DNA of 53,067 nucleotides, from assembly GCA_045658315.1 (NCBI GenBank), contig JAZOUV010000064.1, positions 1-53,067 of the forward strand, read 5' to 3'. The DNA comes from Eubacteriales bacterium (GTDB lineage Bacteria > Bacillota > Clostridia > Oscillospirales > CAG-272). The position numbers were made by a program, and so were the translations under genes. The notes beneath the pieces are model-generated. The model ran no database searches and was not told the origin of the DNA. It saw only the letters and a list, made by a program, of their open reading frames with translations. Of this stretch, positions 1-9,893 are shown in pieces. The number at the start of each line of letters is the position of its first letter. The first letter of the stretch is position 1.

Positions 1-643
1 CAGAAAAAATCCTCTTCGGCTCTTTTTTAAAAACAGAGGATAACACACAAACCACAGTATACCAAATCATCTTAATGTCATAACCAATGCTCATGTGTTC
101 AGGATAATACGCTTCAAGCTCAAGCCTTGTAGGCAGCACCAAACGCTTATAATCCTCAAGCTCCTCTACGCTGTCACCATATATGTAATCATACAATGCG
201 GCAGGTCCCGTCAATCCCGGTTTCACAGTGGATGCAATATTGTATTTACCTGCTCGAACCACCTCTACTTGATCCTTCGCTGCCGGCCTTGGTCCAACAA
301 TAGACATCGAACCAAAAAATATATTCAAAAGTTGTGGAAGCTCGTCTATCTTTAGCCTCCGGCATAGTTCACCAAAAGGAAATATCCTGTTTGTATCTGC
401 CTTAAAACTTGCTTCACTTTTTTCGCTTTCTTTTTTGGGAACACGCATACTGCGGAATTTCCACATAGTAAATTCTTTATTATCTTTTCCAATACGTTTC
501 GCCCTGTAAAATATCGGACCCGGATCCGAAAGTTCAATTCCAATAATGGTAATCAACCAAATCGGCGAAGTGACAACAAGACCTAAGAACGAAGCAAATA
601 TATCAAAGCCTCGCTTGACAAAGAAATATCCTCTTCTATTCAT
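1..643 (-). CDS. Bacterial sugar transferase (initiating phosphoglycosyl transferase family), partial; runs off the left edge
   Basis: Not in the ORF track because there is no stop in the window. Manual translation from ATG 643: MNRRGYFFVKRGFDIFAS...DPGPIFYRAKRIG...WKFRSM...KIDELPQLLNIFFGSMSIVGPRP...VKPGLTG. These are the hallmark Bac_transf motifs. Confidence 0.9.
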   Translation of the reverse strand, partial: MNRRGYFFVKRGFDIFASFLGLVVTSPIWLITIIGIELSDPGPIFYRAKRIGKDNKEFTMWKFRSMRVPKKESEKSEASFKADTNRIFPFGELCRRLKIDELPQLLNIFFGSMSIVGPRPAAKDQVEVVRAGKYNIASTVKPGLTGPAALYDYIYGDSVEELEDYKRLVLPTRLELEAYYPEHMSIGYDIKMIWYTVVCVLSSVFKKEPKRIFS

Positions 644-645
644 TC

Positions 646-1317
646 TTATATTCTCCCAAATACACATTCAAACGCTTCTGCATAATAACATCCTGCTTGG
701 CACCCTCTATATGCAGCAAGACCTTTAATCGCTTCATCGGATCGAGGATGCGGATAATCACGCATCACGCCTTTATAAAAAGCCAAAGCTTGTAATTTAA
801 CCTCCAACCCCTCTTTACCGATTTCAACAAAATAATTCGGAGTAAAGCGATTGGCGGTAGAGTCCATTGACCATTCCGTCGAGGACAGCACTTCCATATA
901 AAGAAGCAACCTCAACGCCGGGATACCCGGCTTACGCTGAAACAACCTTGATGCTGCTTGCACTGCATAACTCGTCATAACATGATCATTATTCGTATCG
1001 GATGGGTGATGAGTAATAATTGCCTCGGCACCAAAATCCTCAATACATTTTTCAACAAATTGAACTAATTCCAAATGCGGAACCGTATTCATACGAATAT
1101 TCGGGAAGTCTGCTGAATAACACTTACAAACGCCTAACATTTTCATCGCATTCTCTTGATCTTCGGTTAAGGTTGCAGAAATATTAGCACGTGCGGCCGC
1201 ATGATTTGCCATAGTACATACTGCAACCGAATGACCATCACGCGTCAATTTATGTATCGTTGCCCCTACCCCCAACACTTCGTCATCAGGATGTGCTACC
1301 ACAATCAAATAATTCAT
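646..1317 (-). CDS. PIG-L/LmbE family deacetylase, associated with a polysaccharide locus
   Basis: AHPDDE metal motif, THHPSDTNNDH and C-terminal YAEAF; ends 2 nt before the sugar transferase ATG. Confidence 0.88.
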   Translation of the reverse strand: MNYLIVVAHPDDEVLGVGATIHKLTRDGHSVAVCTMANHAAARANISATLTEDQENAMKMLGVCKCYSADFPNIRMNTVPHLELVQFVEKCIEDFGAEAIITHHPSDTNNDHVMTSYAVQAASRLFQRKPGIPALRLLLYMEVLSSTEWSMDSTANRFTPNYFVEIGKEGLEVKLQALAFYKGVMRDYPHPRSDEAIKGLAAYRGCQAGCYYAEAFECVFGRI

Positions 1318-1426
1318 AGTCTTTCCTCTTTCAATAATTTTTTCGTCTTTGTAACTTTTTCATTCAAAGAAAACAAAACCATTATTAGCCCAATAATATA
1401 TACTGTATATAAATATACCAAGAGTA

Positions 1427-1455
1427 ATTATAACACACTTAATCAGCAATGTCAA
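1427..1455 (-). promoter_or_regulatory. Sigma-A promoter of the deacetylase/sugar transferase operon
   Basis: Perfect TTGACA-N17-TATAAT on the minus strand. Confidence 0.75.
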
Positions 1456-1602
1456 GGGAAAATAAATATATTCTTCAACATTTTCCACACAAAACGCGGT
1501 TTAACCGACTTTATTTTTTGTTATATTCCAACAAAAGTTTAATTTTTTGTAAATTATTATAAATTCGACAGATTTTACAGGTGTTATAACTTATAAACCC
1601 AC

Positions 1603-1632
1603 AAAAAAAGGAGTCAAGAAGACTCCTTTTTG
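1603..1632 (-). terminator. Intrinsic terminator after the cyclophilin gene
   Basis: AAAAAGGAGTC-aagaa-GACTCCTTTTT hairpin with A/T tracts on both sides. Confidence 0.8.
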
Positions 1633-1659
1633 TCTTTATTTGCATTTTTGTAGTATTCA

Positions 1660-2136
1660 CTACATAACCTTAATGCTCTTTATCACCATATCAAACATCG
1701 GTCTGTCAGCATAACCTGTCTTTGTTGTCGCAATCTCATCAAGCACTTCAAAACCGTCTGTCATCTTACCAAACGCTGCATACTGACCGTCAAGATGAGG
1801 TGCATCTTCGTGCATAATAAAGAACTGAGAACCTGCGGAATTGGGGTTCATAGACCTTGCCATTGAAATAACTCCACGTGTATGCTTGAGGTCATTTTTC
1901 ACGCCATTAGCCGCAAATTCGCCCGTTATGCTATATCCGGGGCCACCCATTCCGGTACCCTCCGGGTCACCGCCCTGAATCATAAATCCGCGAATAACTC
2001 TGTGAAAAATAAGCCCGTCATAAAAGCCTTTATTAGCCAATTTCTCAAAATTTTCAACAGTAATGGGAGCTTTTTCGGGGTAAAGCTCCAAAGTCATCTT
2101 ACCGCCGTTTTCCATTTCAATTACAGCCGTTTTCAT
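1660..2136 (-). CDS. ppiB: Peptidyl-prolyl cis-trans isomerase, cyclophilin type
   Basis: FYDGLIFHRVIRGFMIQGGDP, SMAR, SAGSQFFI and HLDGQYAAFG motifs. Confidence 0.95.
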   Translation of the reverse strand: MKTAVIEMENGGKMTLELYPEKAPITVENFEKLANKGFYDGLIFHRVIRGFMIQGGDPEGTGMGGPGYSITGEFAANGVKNDLKHTRGVISMARSMNPNSAGSQFFIMHEDAPHLDGQYAAFGKMTDGFEVLDEIATTKTGYADRPMFDMVIKSIKVM

Positions 2137-2177
2137 TCGTATATCTCCTTTTCAAAACGATAATCATATTATAAATC

Positions 2178-2216
2178 GAGCGAGCCGCAAAAAAGTTTTT
2201 AGGCTCGCTCTTCTTT
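2178..2216 (-). terminator. Probable terminator hairpin after hydA
   Basis: GAGCGAGCC...GGCTCGCTC inverted repeat just downstream of the hydA stop. Confidence 0.55.
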
Positions 2217-2234
2217 ATTCTAAGCTAACTTTTC

Positions 2235-4037
2235 TCAGTCTTTAAAAGCTTCTCTTGCCGCATAAGTTGTATGGAGCAAGTCGTGAGCCTTGTGAGAATT
2301 GGGTTCACCAAGGAACTTCTCGTAAAGTGCCTTAATCTGAGGATTGTTGTGGCTCTGTCTGAGAGTCTGTCTTTCGTCCTCGGAATAAAGTGCCTTAGCA
2401 CGTTTTTCCTTGTATGTGTCAACAATATCAGCATCTTCGTCGGGAAGGAACTGAGGCTTGATGTAAGGCTGACCGCCGCCTGCAATACAACCGCCGGGAC
2501 ATCCCATAATTTCAATAAATGAATACTTGCTCTTACCTGCTCTGATATCATCAAGGAGAACCTTTGCATTCTTCATGCCGTGAGCAACAGCAACCCAAAC
2601 AGTTGTTCCGTTAAGCTCAAGAGAAGCCTCTTTAATGCCATCAAATCCACGAACTGCTTCAAACTTAACAGCCTCGTGTTCTTTGCCTGTAAGTACATAG
2701 TAAGCAGTTCTGAGAGCCGCTTCCATAACACCGCCGGTAACACCGAAGATAACGCCTGCACCTGTGTAATCGCCTACAACATCGTTATCAAACTCTTCAT
2801 CGGGAAGCTTGTTGAAGTTGATACCTGAACGCTTGATAAGCTTTGCAAGTTCTCTCGTTGTAAGAACAGCATCTACGTCCTTAAGACCGTTTGTAACGAG
2901 CTGATCTCTTTCCTTTTCGCCCTTCTTAGCTGTACAAGGCATAATCGAAACAACAAACATATCCTTAGGATCGATACCGTTTGCTTCTGCATAGTAAGTC
3001 TTAAGAATTGCACCAAACATCTCGTGAGGAGATTTGCAAGAAGAAAGGTGTCCGAGAAGATCACCGTAATTAATTTCTGCATAGTTGATCCAACCGGGAG
3101 AACAAGATGTGATCATAGGGAGCTGACCGCCGTTCTTAATTCTGCCGAGAAGCTCTGTAGCTTCTTCCATTATTGTAAGGTCAGCAGCATAGTTTGTATC
3201 AAATACCTTCTTGAAGCCGAGTCTCTTAAGAGCAGCAACCATCTTGCCCGTGCAAGCAGTACCAACCTTCATGCCGAACTCTTCACCGAGGGCAGCTCTT
3301 ACTGCGGGAGCTGTCTGAACAACAACGTATTTGCCTTCTGCCATAGCCTTGTCAACCAAAGCAATTTCGCTCTTTTCCATCAATGCACCTGTAGGACATA
3401 CGCTTACGCACTGACCGCAGAGGATACAGGGAGAGTTAGCGAAGGAACGGTTTTCGGCGGGAGCAACAATAGTGTTAAATCCTCTCTTTTCAAAACCGAG
3501 AACGCCCTTACCGTGAGCATTTTTACATCTCTCAACACAACGTCCGCAAAGTACGCACTTAGATGTATCTCTTACGATAGACGGTGTGAGCTGGTCAATT
3601 GTAACAGGGGTCTGAGAACCCTTGAACATATCTTCTCTTGCACCTGTAACCTTAGCTGCGTAAAGAAGTTCGCAGTATTCGTTCTTATCGCACTGCTGAC
3701 ACTTCATAGAGTGGTTGGACAGCAAAAGTTCAACAGATGCTCTTCTTGCTTTTACAGCCTTGGGAGAAGAAATTATAATCTTCATATCAGGTGTAATAGG
3801 ATATACGCAAGAAGCAACGAGTCTCATAGGACCGTATGCAACTTCACCCTGTTCGTTTCTTCTTCCTTCCTGAACTTCTACAAGACATACACGGCAAGAA
3901 CCCTTTGAGCATTCACCGTGATTGTAAGCACAGAGAGTGGGGATATCGTAGCCGCAAGTCTTTGCAGCTTCGAGTACAGTCGTTCCTGCCTCAACCTGGT
4001 AGGAAACGCCTTCAATAAAAATATTAATCAATGCCAT
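2235..4037 (-). CDS. hydA: [FeFe]-hydrogenase catalytic subunit (group A, HydA/HndD-like)
   Basis: H-cluster motifs TSCSPGW, MPCTAKKGE and EIMGCPGGCIAGGGQP; N-terminal 2Fe-2S, His-ligated 4Fe-4S (NHSMKCQQC) and two CxxCxxCxxxC motifs. Confidence 0.96.
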   Translation of the reverse strand: MALINIFIEGVSYQVEAGTTVLEAAKTCGYDIPTLCAYNHGECSKGSCRVCLVEVQEGRRNEQGEVAYGPMRLVASCVYPITPDMKIIISSPKAVKARRASVELLLSNHSMKCQQCDKNEYCELLYAAKVTGAREDMFKGSQTPVTIDQLTPSIVRDTSKCVLCGRCVERCKNAHGKGVLGFEKRGFNTIVAPAENRSFANSPCILCGQCVSVCPTGALMEKSEIALVDKAMAEGKYVVVQTAPAVRAALGEEFGMKVGTACTGKMVAALKRLGFKKVFDTNYAADLTIMEEATELLGRIKNGGQLPMITSCSPGWINYAEINYGDLLGHLSSCKSPHEMFGAILKTYYAEANGIDPKDMFVVSIMPCTAKKGEKERDQLVTNGLKDVDAVLTTRELAKLIKRSGINFNKLPDEEFDNDVVGDYTGAGVIFGVTGGVMEAALRTAYYVLTGKEHEAVKFEAVRGFDGIKEASLELNGTTVWVAVAHGMKNAKVLLDDIRAGKSKYSFIEIMGCPGGCIAGGGQPYIKPQFLPDEDADIVDTYKEKRAKALYSEDERQTLRQSHNNPQIKALYEKFLGEPNSHKAHDLLHTTYAAREAFKD

Positions 4038-4054
4038 CTTTCATTTCCCCCTTA

Positions 4055-5941
4055 TTATTTCTTTTCAATAGCCTTGAATTTACAAGAAGCTACGCACATA
4101 CCGCATTTAATACACTTAACGGTATCAATAGTTCTTGAAGGCAACTTATGTCCGGGTGCAACGTAATCAGTCTTCTGAATAGCATTAACGGGACACTGTC
4201 TTTCGCAAAGTCCGCATCCGATACACTTATCCTGATCAATAACATATTCCATAAGATTCTTACATACTTTTGCAGGACACTTCTTGTCAACAACGTGAGC
4301 AACATATTCGTCTCTGAAAGAACGAAGTGTAGAAAGAACGGGGTTAGCCGCAGTCTGACCGAGAGCACAGAGAGAACCTGTCTTAATTGTTTCGCTGAGT
4401 TCTTCAAGCTCTTCGAGATCCTTCATTGTTGCCTTACCGTCGGTAATCTTGTTAAGGAGCTCAAGCAAACGCTTTGTACCGATACGGCAGGGTGAGCACT
4501 TACCGCAAGACTCGTCGCAAATAAATTCCATATAGAACTTAGCAACGACAACCATACAGTTGTCTTCGTCCATAACGATAGCACCGCCCGAACCCATCAT
4601 AGAGCCCTTAGCAACGAGTGTATCAAAGTCAATTGCGGAATCGAGGTCTTTTTCTGTCAAGCAACCGCCCGAAGGACCACCTGTCTGGATAGCCTTGAAC
4701 TTCTTGCCGTCCGGAATACCGCCACCGATATCATAAACAAGTTCGCGAAGTGTTGTACCCATAGGAATTTCAACGAGACCTACGTTGTTAATCTTACCGC
4801 CGAGAGCGAATACCTTTGTACCCTTAGACTTTTCTGTTCCGTACTGACCGAATTTTTCAGCACCCTCACGGAGTATGTAAGGTACGCAAGCGAGTGTTTC
4901 AACGTTATTAACGATTGTAGGACAGCCCCAAAGGCCTTTAACCGCAGGGAACGGAGGACGAGGTCTGGGCATACCTCTCTGACCTTCAATAGAGTTAAGA
5001 AGAGCAGTCTCTTCACCGCAAACGAATGCACCGGCACCAAGTCTGATATGTACACGGAAACTGAAATCAGTACCGAGAATGTTGTCGCCGAGAAGTCCCA
5101 ATTCTTCAGCCTGCTCGATAGCAATTCTGAGTCTGTTTACAGCGATAGGATACTCTGCACGAACATAGAAATAACCGTTCTGAGCACCGATAGCATAACC
5201 GGCAATAGCCATACCCTCAATAACTGCAAGAGGGTTACCTTCAAGAATAGATCTGTCCATAAATGCACCGGGGTCGCCCTCGTCGCCGTTACATACAACG
5301 TACTTTTCACCGTCGGGCTGAGCGTACGCAAAGTTCCACTTCATACCTGTGGGGAAGCCGCCGCCGCGTCCACGAAGTCCGGATGCAAGGACAGAATCAA
5401 TAACAGCTTTTCTATCCATCTTAAGAGCATTGGCAAGACCGATGAATGCACCCGAGCCGAGAGCTTCTTCGATATTTTCAGGGTCAATAGCACCACAGCC
5501 GTGAAGCGAAATACGAACTTGCTTCTTGTAGAATTCGATATCGTCCTGCTTTGCAATCTTTTCCTTTGTTTTGGGGTCAACATAGAGCAATCTTTCTATA
5601 ATTTCGCCGCCGATAAGATCTTTTTCAATAATCTCTTCAACGTCATCAATAGAAACGAGCCTGTAAAGAGTATCTTCGGGGTAAATCTTAACGAAAGGAC
5701 CTTGTGAGCAGAAACCGAAGCAACCAACCTGATTAACGGTAACCTTGTCGGAAAGTCCCTTTTCTTCTACGAGCTTTTCAAATTTAGCCTTTATTTCGAG
5801 AGAGTTTGAAGAGATACAGCCTGTACCGCCGCAAAGAACTACAGCTCTCTTACCGCTTCCGCCTTCAATCTTCTTGCCGTACGCATCTGCACAAACGGCA
5901 CATTTAGCGGAAAGTTCTTCAAAATTCTTAATCTTTTCCAT
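4055..5941 (-). CDS. hydB: NuoF-like diaphorase subunit of a trimeric, probably electron-bifurcating hydrogenase
   Basis: N-terminal thioredoxin-like 2Fe-2S, NGDEGDPGAFMDRS, GAGAFVCGEETAL, RPPFP, GGPSGG, ESCGKCSPCRIG and C-terminal 2x4Fe-4S. Confidence 0.95.
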   Translation of the reverse strand: MEKIKNFEELSAKCAVCADAYGKKIEGGSGKRAVVLCGGTGCISSNSLEIKAKFEKLVEEKGLSDKVTVNQVGCFGFCSQGPFVKIYPEDTLYRLVSIDDVEEIIEKDLIGGEIIERLLYVDPKTKEKIAKQDDIEFYKKQVRISLHGCGAIDPENIEEALGSGAFIGLANALKMDRKAVIDSVLASGLRGRGGGFPTGMKWNFAYAQPDGEKYVVCNGDEGDPGAFMDRSILEGNPLAVIEGMAIAGYAIGAQNGYFYVRAEYPIAVNRLRIAIEQAEELGLLGDNILGTDFSFRVHIRLGAGAFVCGEETALLNSIEGQRGMPRPRPPFPAVKGLWGCPTIVNNVETLACVPYILREGAEKFGQYGTEKSKGTKVFALGGKINNVGLVEIPMGTTLRELVYDIGGGIPDGKKFKAIQTGGPSGGCLTEKDLDSAIDFDTLVAKGSMMGSGGAIVMDEDNCMVVVAKFYMEFICDESCGKCSPCRIGTKRLLELLNKITDGKATMKDLEELEELSETIKTGSLCALGQTAANPVLSTLRSFRDEYVAHVVDKKCPAKVCKNLMEYVIDQDKCIGCGLCERQCPVNAIQKTDYVAPGHKLPSRTIDTVKCIKCGMCVASCKFKAIEKK

Positions 5942-5946
5942 AATCC

Positions 5947-6429
5947 TTATGCCTCCATCTTGCGATATTCTTCAACAATTCCGGGAACATCGGATACCTT
6001 GAGCTTAGGATATACCTTACCGTTGATGGTAACAGCGGGAGCAATACCGCAAGCACCGATACAACGGAGAGCGTCAAGTGTGAACATACCGTCATCGGTA
6101 GTTCCACCGGGAGCTATTCCCAAAAGTTCGGAGAATTTGTCAATGATCTGCTGTGCACCTTTAACGTAGCAAGCTGTACCAAGACAAACGCCGACAACGT
6201 ACTTTCCTTTCGGTTGAAGCGAGAAGAAAGAATAGAAGGTAACTACACCGTAAATTTCAGCAACGGAAATTCCGGTTCTTTCGGATACGATTTCCTGTAC
6301 TTCAAGAGGAATATAGCCGTATTCTTCCTGAATTGCAGACAAAATCATCATCAAAGGTGTTTTTTCTTCAACGTATCTGTCACAGATTTCGTTGATTTTA
6401 GCAACTGATGCTTCACTCAAATGGGCCAT
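5947..6429 (-). CDS. hydC: NuoE-like 2Fe-2S subunit
   Basis: VVTFYSFF, CLGTACYVKGA and CIGACGIAP motifs. Confidence 0.95.
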   Translation of the reverse strand: MAHLSEASVAKINEICDRYVEEKTPLMMILSAIQEEYGYIPLEVQEIVSERTGISVAEIYGVVTFYSFFSLQPKGKYVVGVCLGTACYVKGAQQIIDKFSELLGIAPGGTTDDGMFTLDALRCIGACGIAPAVTINGKVYPKLKVSDVPGIVEEYRKMEA

Positions 6430-6491
6430 GGTAGCCCTCCTTTTCTAAAGATTTTATATAATTTGCTTTTTTCGCAATCCATACATTGTAT

Positions 6492-6520
6492 ATTGTATCA
6501 AACAAACTTGCCGTTGTCAA
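6492..6520 (-). promoter_or_regulatory. Sigma-A promoter of hydCBA
   Basis: TTGACA-N17-TACAAT with TG extension, ~60 nt upstream of hydC. Confidence 0.65.
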
Positions 6521-6753
6521 GACAAAACGTTCATCAAATCGACGAATATTCCGCATTTTTTATTACAAATAAGATAAAAATAACCAATTTCGTCAAAAAA
6601 GCTTAAAGCTAACCAATTGGCTATATTCATATAGATTCAATCTATGCTTTTTGTGCAAAGAAAACAATATTTTACCGATTAAATTGTACTCACAAAAACC
6701 AAAAATAACCACCCGCAATCTAATCCTCGCAGGTGGTTACATATTATCTCGTA

Positions 6754-8583
6754 TCAGTTGCCTCTTCTCTTCTGAGCCTCAGCTTTAAGACGAAGCTCGG
6801 TGTTAAGAATACGCTTACGAAGTCTGATACTCTTTGGAGTTACCTCAATAAGCTCATCATCGCTGATGAACTCAATAGCTTCTTCAAGGCTCATGACTTT
6901 AGGCGTAACCAGTCTCAAAGCTTCATCTGCCCCTGTTGAACGAATAGCCGTCAAGTGCTTCTTCTTACAAACATTTACCGTAATATCGCCCATCTTGGGG
7001 TTTTCGCCTACGATCATTCCCTCGTAAACCTCTGTTGCAGGACCTATGAACATAACGCCTCTGTCCTGAGCATTAAATAAGCCGTACGAAGTAGCCTCGC
7101 CCGCCTCGTGAGCAACAAGAGAACCTGTATAACGAAGCGTTATTTCGCCCTTAAAAGGCTGATAACCGTCAAACAAGCTGTTGATTATACCTTCGCCTCT
7201 GGTATCGGTTAAAAACTCGCTTCTGTAACCGAATAGACAACGTGCGGGGATAACGTATTCTATCTTCATTCTGTTACCCGAAGGTTGCATTTCGACAAGT
7301 TCGCCCTTTCTTGCCCCCAACTTTTCCATAACAGAACCCATACATGTTTCGGGAACGTCAATGGAAACTCTTTCCATAGGTTCGCAGAGAACGCCGTCAA
7401 TTTCTTTCATAAGAACTCTCGGGGTACTTGCACAAAGCTCATAGCCTTCGCGTCTCATATTTTCTATAAGTATCGAAAGATGCATTTCGCCCCTTCCGCT
7501 TACTTTAAAGCTGTCTGTCGTTTCGCCGTCTTCGACGTGAAGAGATACGTCACGGAGCAACTCCTTGTAAAGTCTGTCTCTGAGCTGACGTGAAGTAACG
7601 AACTTACCTTCTCTGCCCGCCATAGGACTGTCGTTTACAGAGAACGTCATTTCAAGAGTGGGCTCGCTTATTTTCACGAAAGGCAGCGGCTCGGGCTTTT
7701 CGGTAGATGTGATAGTATCACCTATCGTAATATCTTCAGCACCCGAAAAACAAATAATATCTCCGCATTTAGCTTCGGTTACGGGCATTCTTCCGAGACC
7801 GTCAAACTGATACATGGAAACGATTTTGGTTCTCTTGGGAGCCGCCTCGGTATGATAGTTACAAATCATGACGTCTTGGTTTTGCTTGATAGTGCCTCTT
7901 TCAACTCTGCCGATACCGATTCTGCCTACGTATTCGTTGTAGTCGATTGAAGATACAAGCACCTGTAGAGACTCTTCCGGCTCACCCTCGGGAGCAGGCA
8001 TATATTCAAGAATAGTTTCAAACAAAGGAACAAGGTCGGTGCCCTGCTGGAAAGGAGAAAGCGAAGCAGTACCCGCTTTACCCGAACAGAATATCATAGG
8101 GCTGTCGAGCTGTTCATCTGTTGCGTTAAGGTCGATAAGAAGTTCAAGAACCTCGTCAACGACCTCATCAAGTCTTGCATCGGGCTTGTCTATTTTGTTT
8201 ACGACAACGATTACTCTGTGATTTAATTCCAAAGCCTTTTGAAGAACGAATCTTGTCTGAGGCATGGGACCTTCCGCCGCATCAACAAGAAGCAAAACGC
8301 CATTAACCATTTTGAGAATACGTTCAACCTCGCCGCCGAAGTCAGCGTGTCCGGGAGTGTCAATTATATTGATTTTAACGTCTTTGTAATGTATAGCAGT
8401 ATTTTTTGCAAGAATTGTAATGCCACGCTCTTTTTCGATAGCGTTGCTGTCCATAACTCTTTCTTCCGTAGCCTGATTTTCGCGATATACACCGCCCTGC
8501 TTTAACATTTCATCAACCAATGTTGTTTTACCGTGGTCAACGTGAGCGATTATCGCAATATTACGAAGGTCTTCTCTTTTCAT
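6754..8583 (-). CDS. typA: Translational GTPase TypA/BipA
   Basis: [38 protein letters not shown] and C-terminal [11 protein letters not shown]. Confidence 0.97.
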   Translation of the reverse strand: MKREDLRNIAIIAHVDHGKTTLVDEMLKQGGVYRENQATEERVMDSNAIEKERGITILAKNTAIHYKDVKINIIDTPGHADFGGEVERILKMVNGVLLLVDAAEGPMPQTRFVLQKALELNHRVIVVVNKIDKPDARLDEVVDEVLELLIDLNATDEQLDSPMIFCSGKAGTASLSPFQQGTDLVPLFETILEYMPAPEGEPEESLQVLVSSIDYNEYVGRIGIGRVERGTIKQNQDVMICNYHTEAAPKRTKIVSMYQFDGLGRMPVTEAKCGDIICFSGAEDITIGDTITSTEKPEPLPFVKISEPTLEMTFSVNDSPMAGREGKFVTSRQLRDRLYKELLRDVSLHVEDGETTDSFKVSGRGEMHLSILIENMRREGYELCASTPRVLMKEIDGVLCEPMERVSIDVPETCMGSVMEKLGARKGELVEMQPSGNRMKIEYVIPARCLFGYRSEFLTDTRGEGIINSLFDGYQPFKGEITLRYTGSLVAHEAGEATSYGLFNAQDRGVMFIGPATEVYEGMIVGENPKMGDITVNVCKKKHLTAIRSTGADEALRLVTPKVMSLEEAIEFISDDELIEVTPKSIRLRKRILNTELRLKAEAQKRRGN

Positions 8584-8836
8584 TAAAATATCCCTACCTT
8601 AAAACAAATCTCTAACTTTTTTCAACAATTTTATATTATAAAACAAAAAAATTCATTTTACAACAGTTTACACAAAAATATTTTTAATTTTTTTATATTT
8701 TAGCCAAAGGGGAGAAATATATCTGTATATTGCCCCCCACAAAAACGAAAACACATTTTAATTTGTGTGGATTATTCTGGAGCGAATAATCCCATTACCT
8801 CTATACACAAACATCAAACAAGTAGGTATAAAATTT

Positions 8837-8863
8837 GTAGGGCTCGACGTCCTCGACGAGCCC
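8837..8863 (+). repeat. GTAG-type REP-like palindrome
   Basis: GTAG followed by a GGGCTCG...CGAGCCC hairpin; related forms at 12353 and 28047. Confidence 0.5.
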
Positions 8864-9141
8864 TATTCCCACCCAAAAATTTGTACAAATACCTCTGTGC
8901 AGAAACATAAAGCAAGCAGACACTTTGTTCAACCTCCATCTGAGGAGGGAGGTTGAATAATGCACCTACTGAATTGATGTAAATGCACAGAGGTGAGGTT
9001 AATTATTCCCATCCTCACCGCCACTTCGTTCCCCACCGGAGAAGCAACATTGTTATCCATTGCCACACAAAACAATGTTTATGCAAATTAGCTTTCTATT
9101 CTTAAACAATACAACTTTTTTACATATTCTTCCCTAAGCTA

Positions 9142-9170
9142 TTGACAAACAAAAAAAGATGTATTATAAT
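9142..9170 (+). promoter_or_regulatory. Sigma-A promoter of the Crp/ABC operon
   Basis: Perfect TTGACA-N17-TATAAT. Confidence 0.8.
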
Positions 9171-9183
9171 ACAACCGAACACA

Positions 9184-9209
9184 AAAACTGTATCATTTGA
9201 GACAGTTTT
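9184..9209. promoter_or_regulatory. Palindromic operator, probable Crp/Fnr-family site
   Basis: AAAACTGTATCA-TT-TGAGACAGTTTT (TGT-N10-ACA core), lying between the promoter and the RBS of the Crp-family gene. Confidence 0.65.
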
Positions 9210-9221
9210 ACGAAAGGAGTA

Positions 9222-9893
9222 ATGTTTTTGACAGAAAGAGAAATAACAGAAATATTTTCAAATTCACCTCTTTTCAAGTGTGCTTTGCCGAGCACGGTCG
9301 AATATGCCGTTAAGGTTTGTGAAATCTGCGAAACACAAAAAGGCGAAAGGTTTGATACAGAAAGTTCAAGTCTTTTTATAATACTTAACGGAAGTGCATC
9401 TGTATACGGAGTATCAAAAACACAGCCCGTTATTTTGAACACGTTAAAAAAAGGCAGAGTATTCGGTATGGCATCTCTGTTCGGTGAAAAATGTGCTTCC
9501 ACCTCGATTATCGCAAAAGATAACTGCACATACGCGGTAATACCGCAAGACTGTATTGAAGAAATGCTGAAGAAAGATATCGGTTTTACCAAAAACTATA
9601 TCTGCTTCTTGTCGGACAAGATTAGATTTTTAAACAAGAAAATCGCCTTTTTCACCTCGGGAAGCTCCGAAAAGAAACTCGCCGGATATCTTTTGTCCCT
9701 GCCGATAGAAGACAATACCGTAAAAATCGAAATGAATATGACCAAACTTGCACAAAATCTTGATATAGGCAGAGCATCGCTTTACAGAGCGTTTGAATCG
9801 CTTGAAGCAAACTGTTTTATAACAAGAGAAAACAATATAATCAAAATAACTTCACCCGAAGACTTCAAAAAAATTTATGGAGAAACATTATGA
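9222..9893 (+). CDS. Crp/Fnr family transcriptional regulator
   Basis: cNMP-binding-like domain (IILNGSASV, GRVFGMASLF) plus C-terminal HTH (MTKLAQNLDIGRASLYRAFESL). Confidence 0.9.
   Translation: MFLTEREITEIFSNSPLFKCALPSTVEYAVKVCEICETQKGERFDTESSSLFIILNGSASVYGVSKTQPVILNTLKKGRVFGMASLFGEKCASTSIIAKDNCTYAVIPQDCIEEMLKKDIGFTKNYICFLSDKIRFLNKKIAFFTSGSSEKKLAGYLLSLPIEDNTVKIEMNMTKLAQNLDIGRASLYRAFESLEANCFITRENNIIKITSPEDFKKIYGETL

Noticed and set aside
95..728. ORF-track calls 95-355, 352-543 and 546-728
   Set aside because: Alternative frames overlapping the real sugar transferase at 643..1 (-).
3080..3115. TSCSPGW instead of TSCCPGW in HydA
   Set aside because: A common variant in multimeric group A hydrogenases; not unusual.
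3024..3908. 294-aa plus-strand ORF (and similar ORFs at 5048-5707, 28138-28788, 31544-32236)
   Set aside because: Antisense to well-supported hydA, hydB, aminotransferase and iorA genes; no motifs.
6430..6700. Rex operator upstream of hydCBA (e.g. TTGTGCAAAGAAAACAA at 6651)
   Set aside because: Spacing and symmetry do not fit the 18-bp Rex palindrome, and it is far from the promoter.
8765..8956. 63-aa ORF in the typA-crp intergenic region
   Set aside because: No RBS or motifs; it overlaps REP-like and inverted-repeat sequence.
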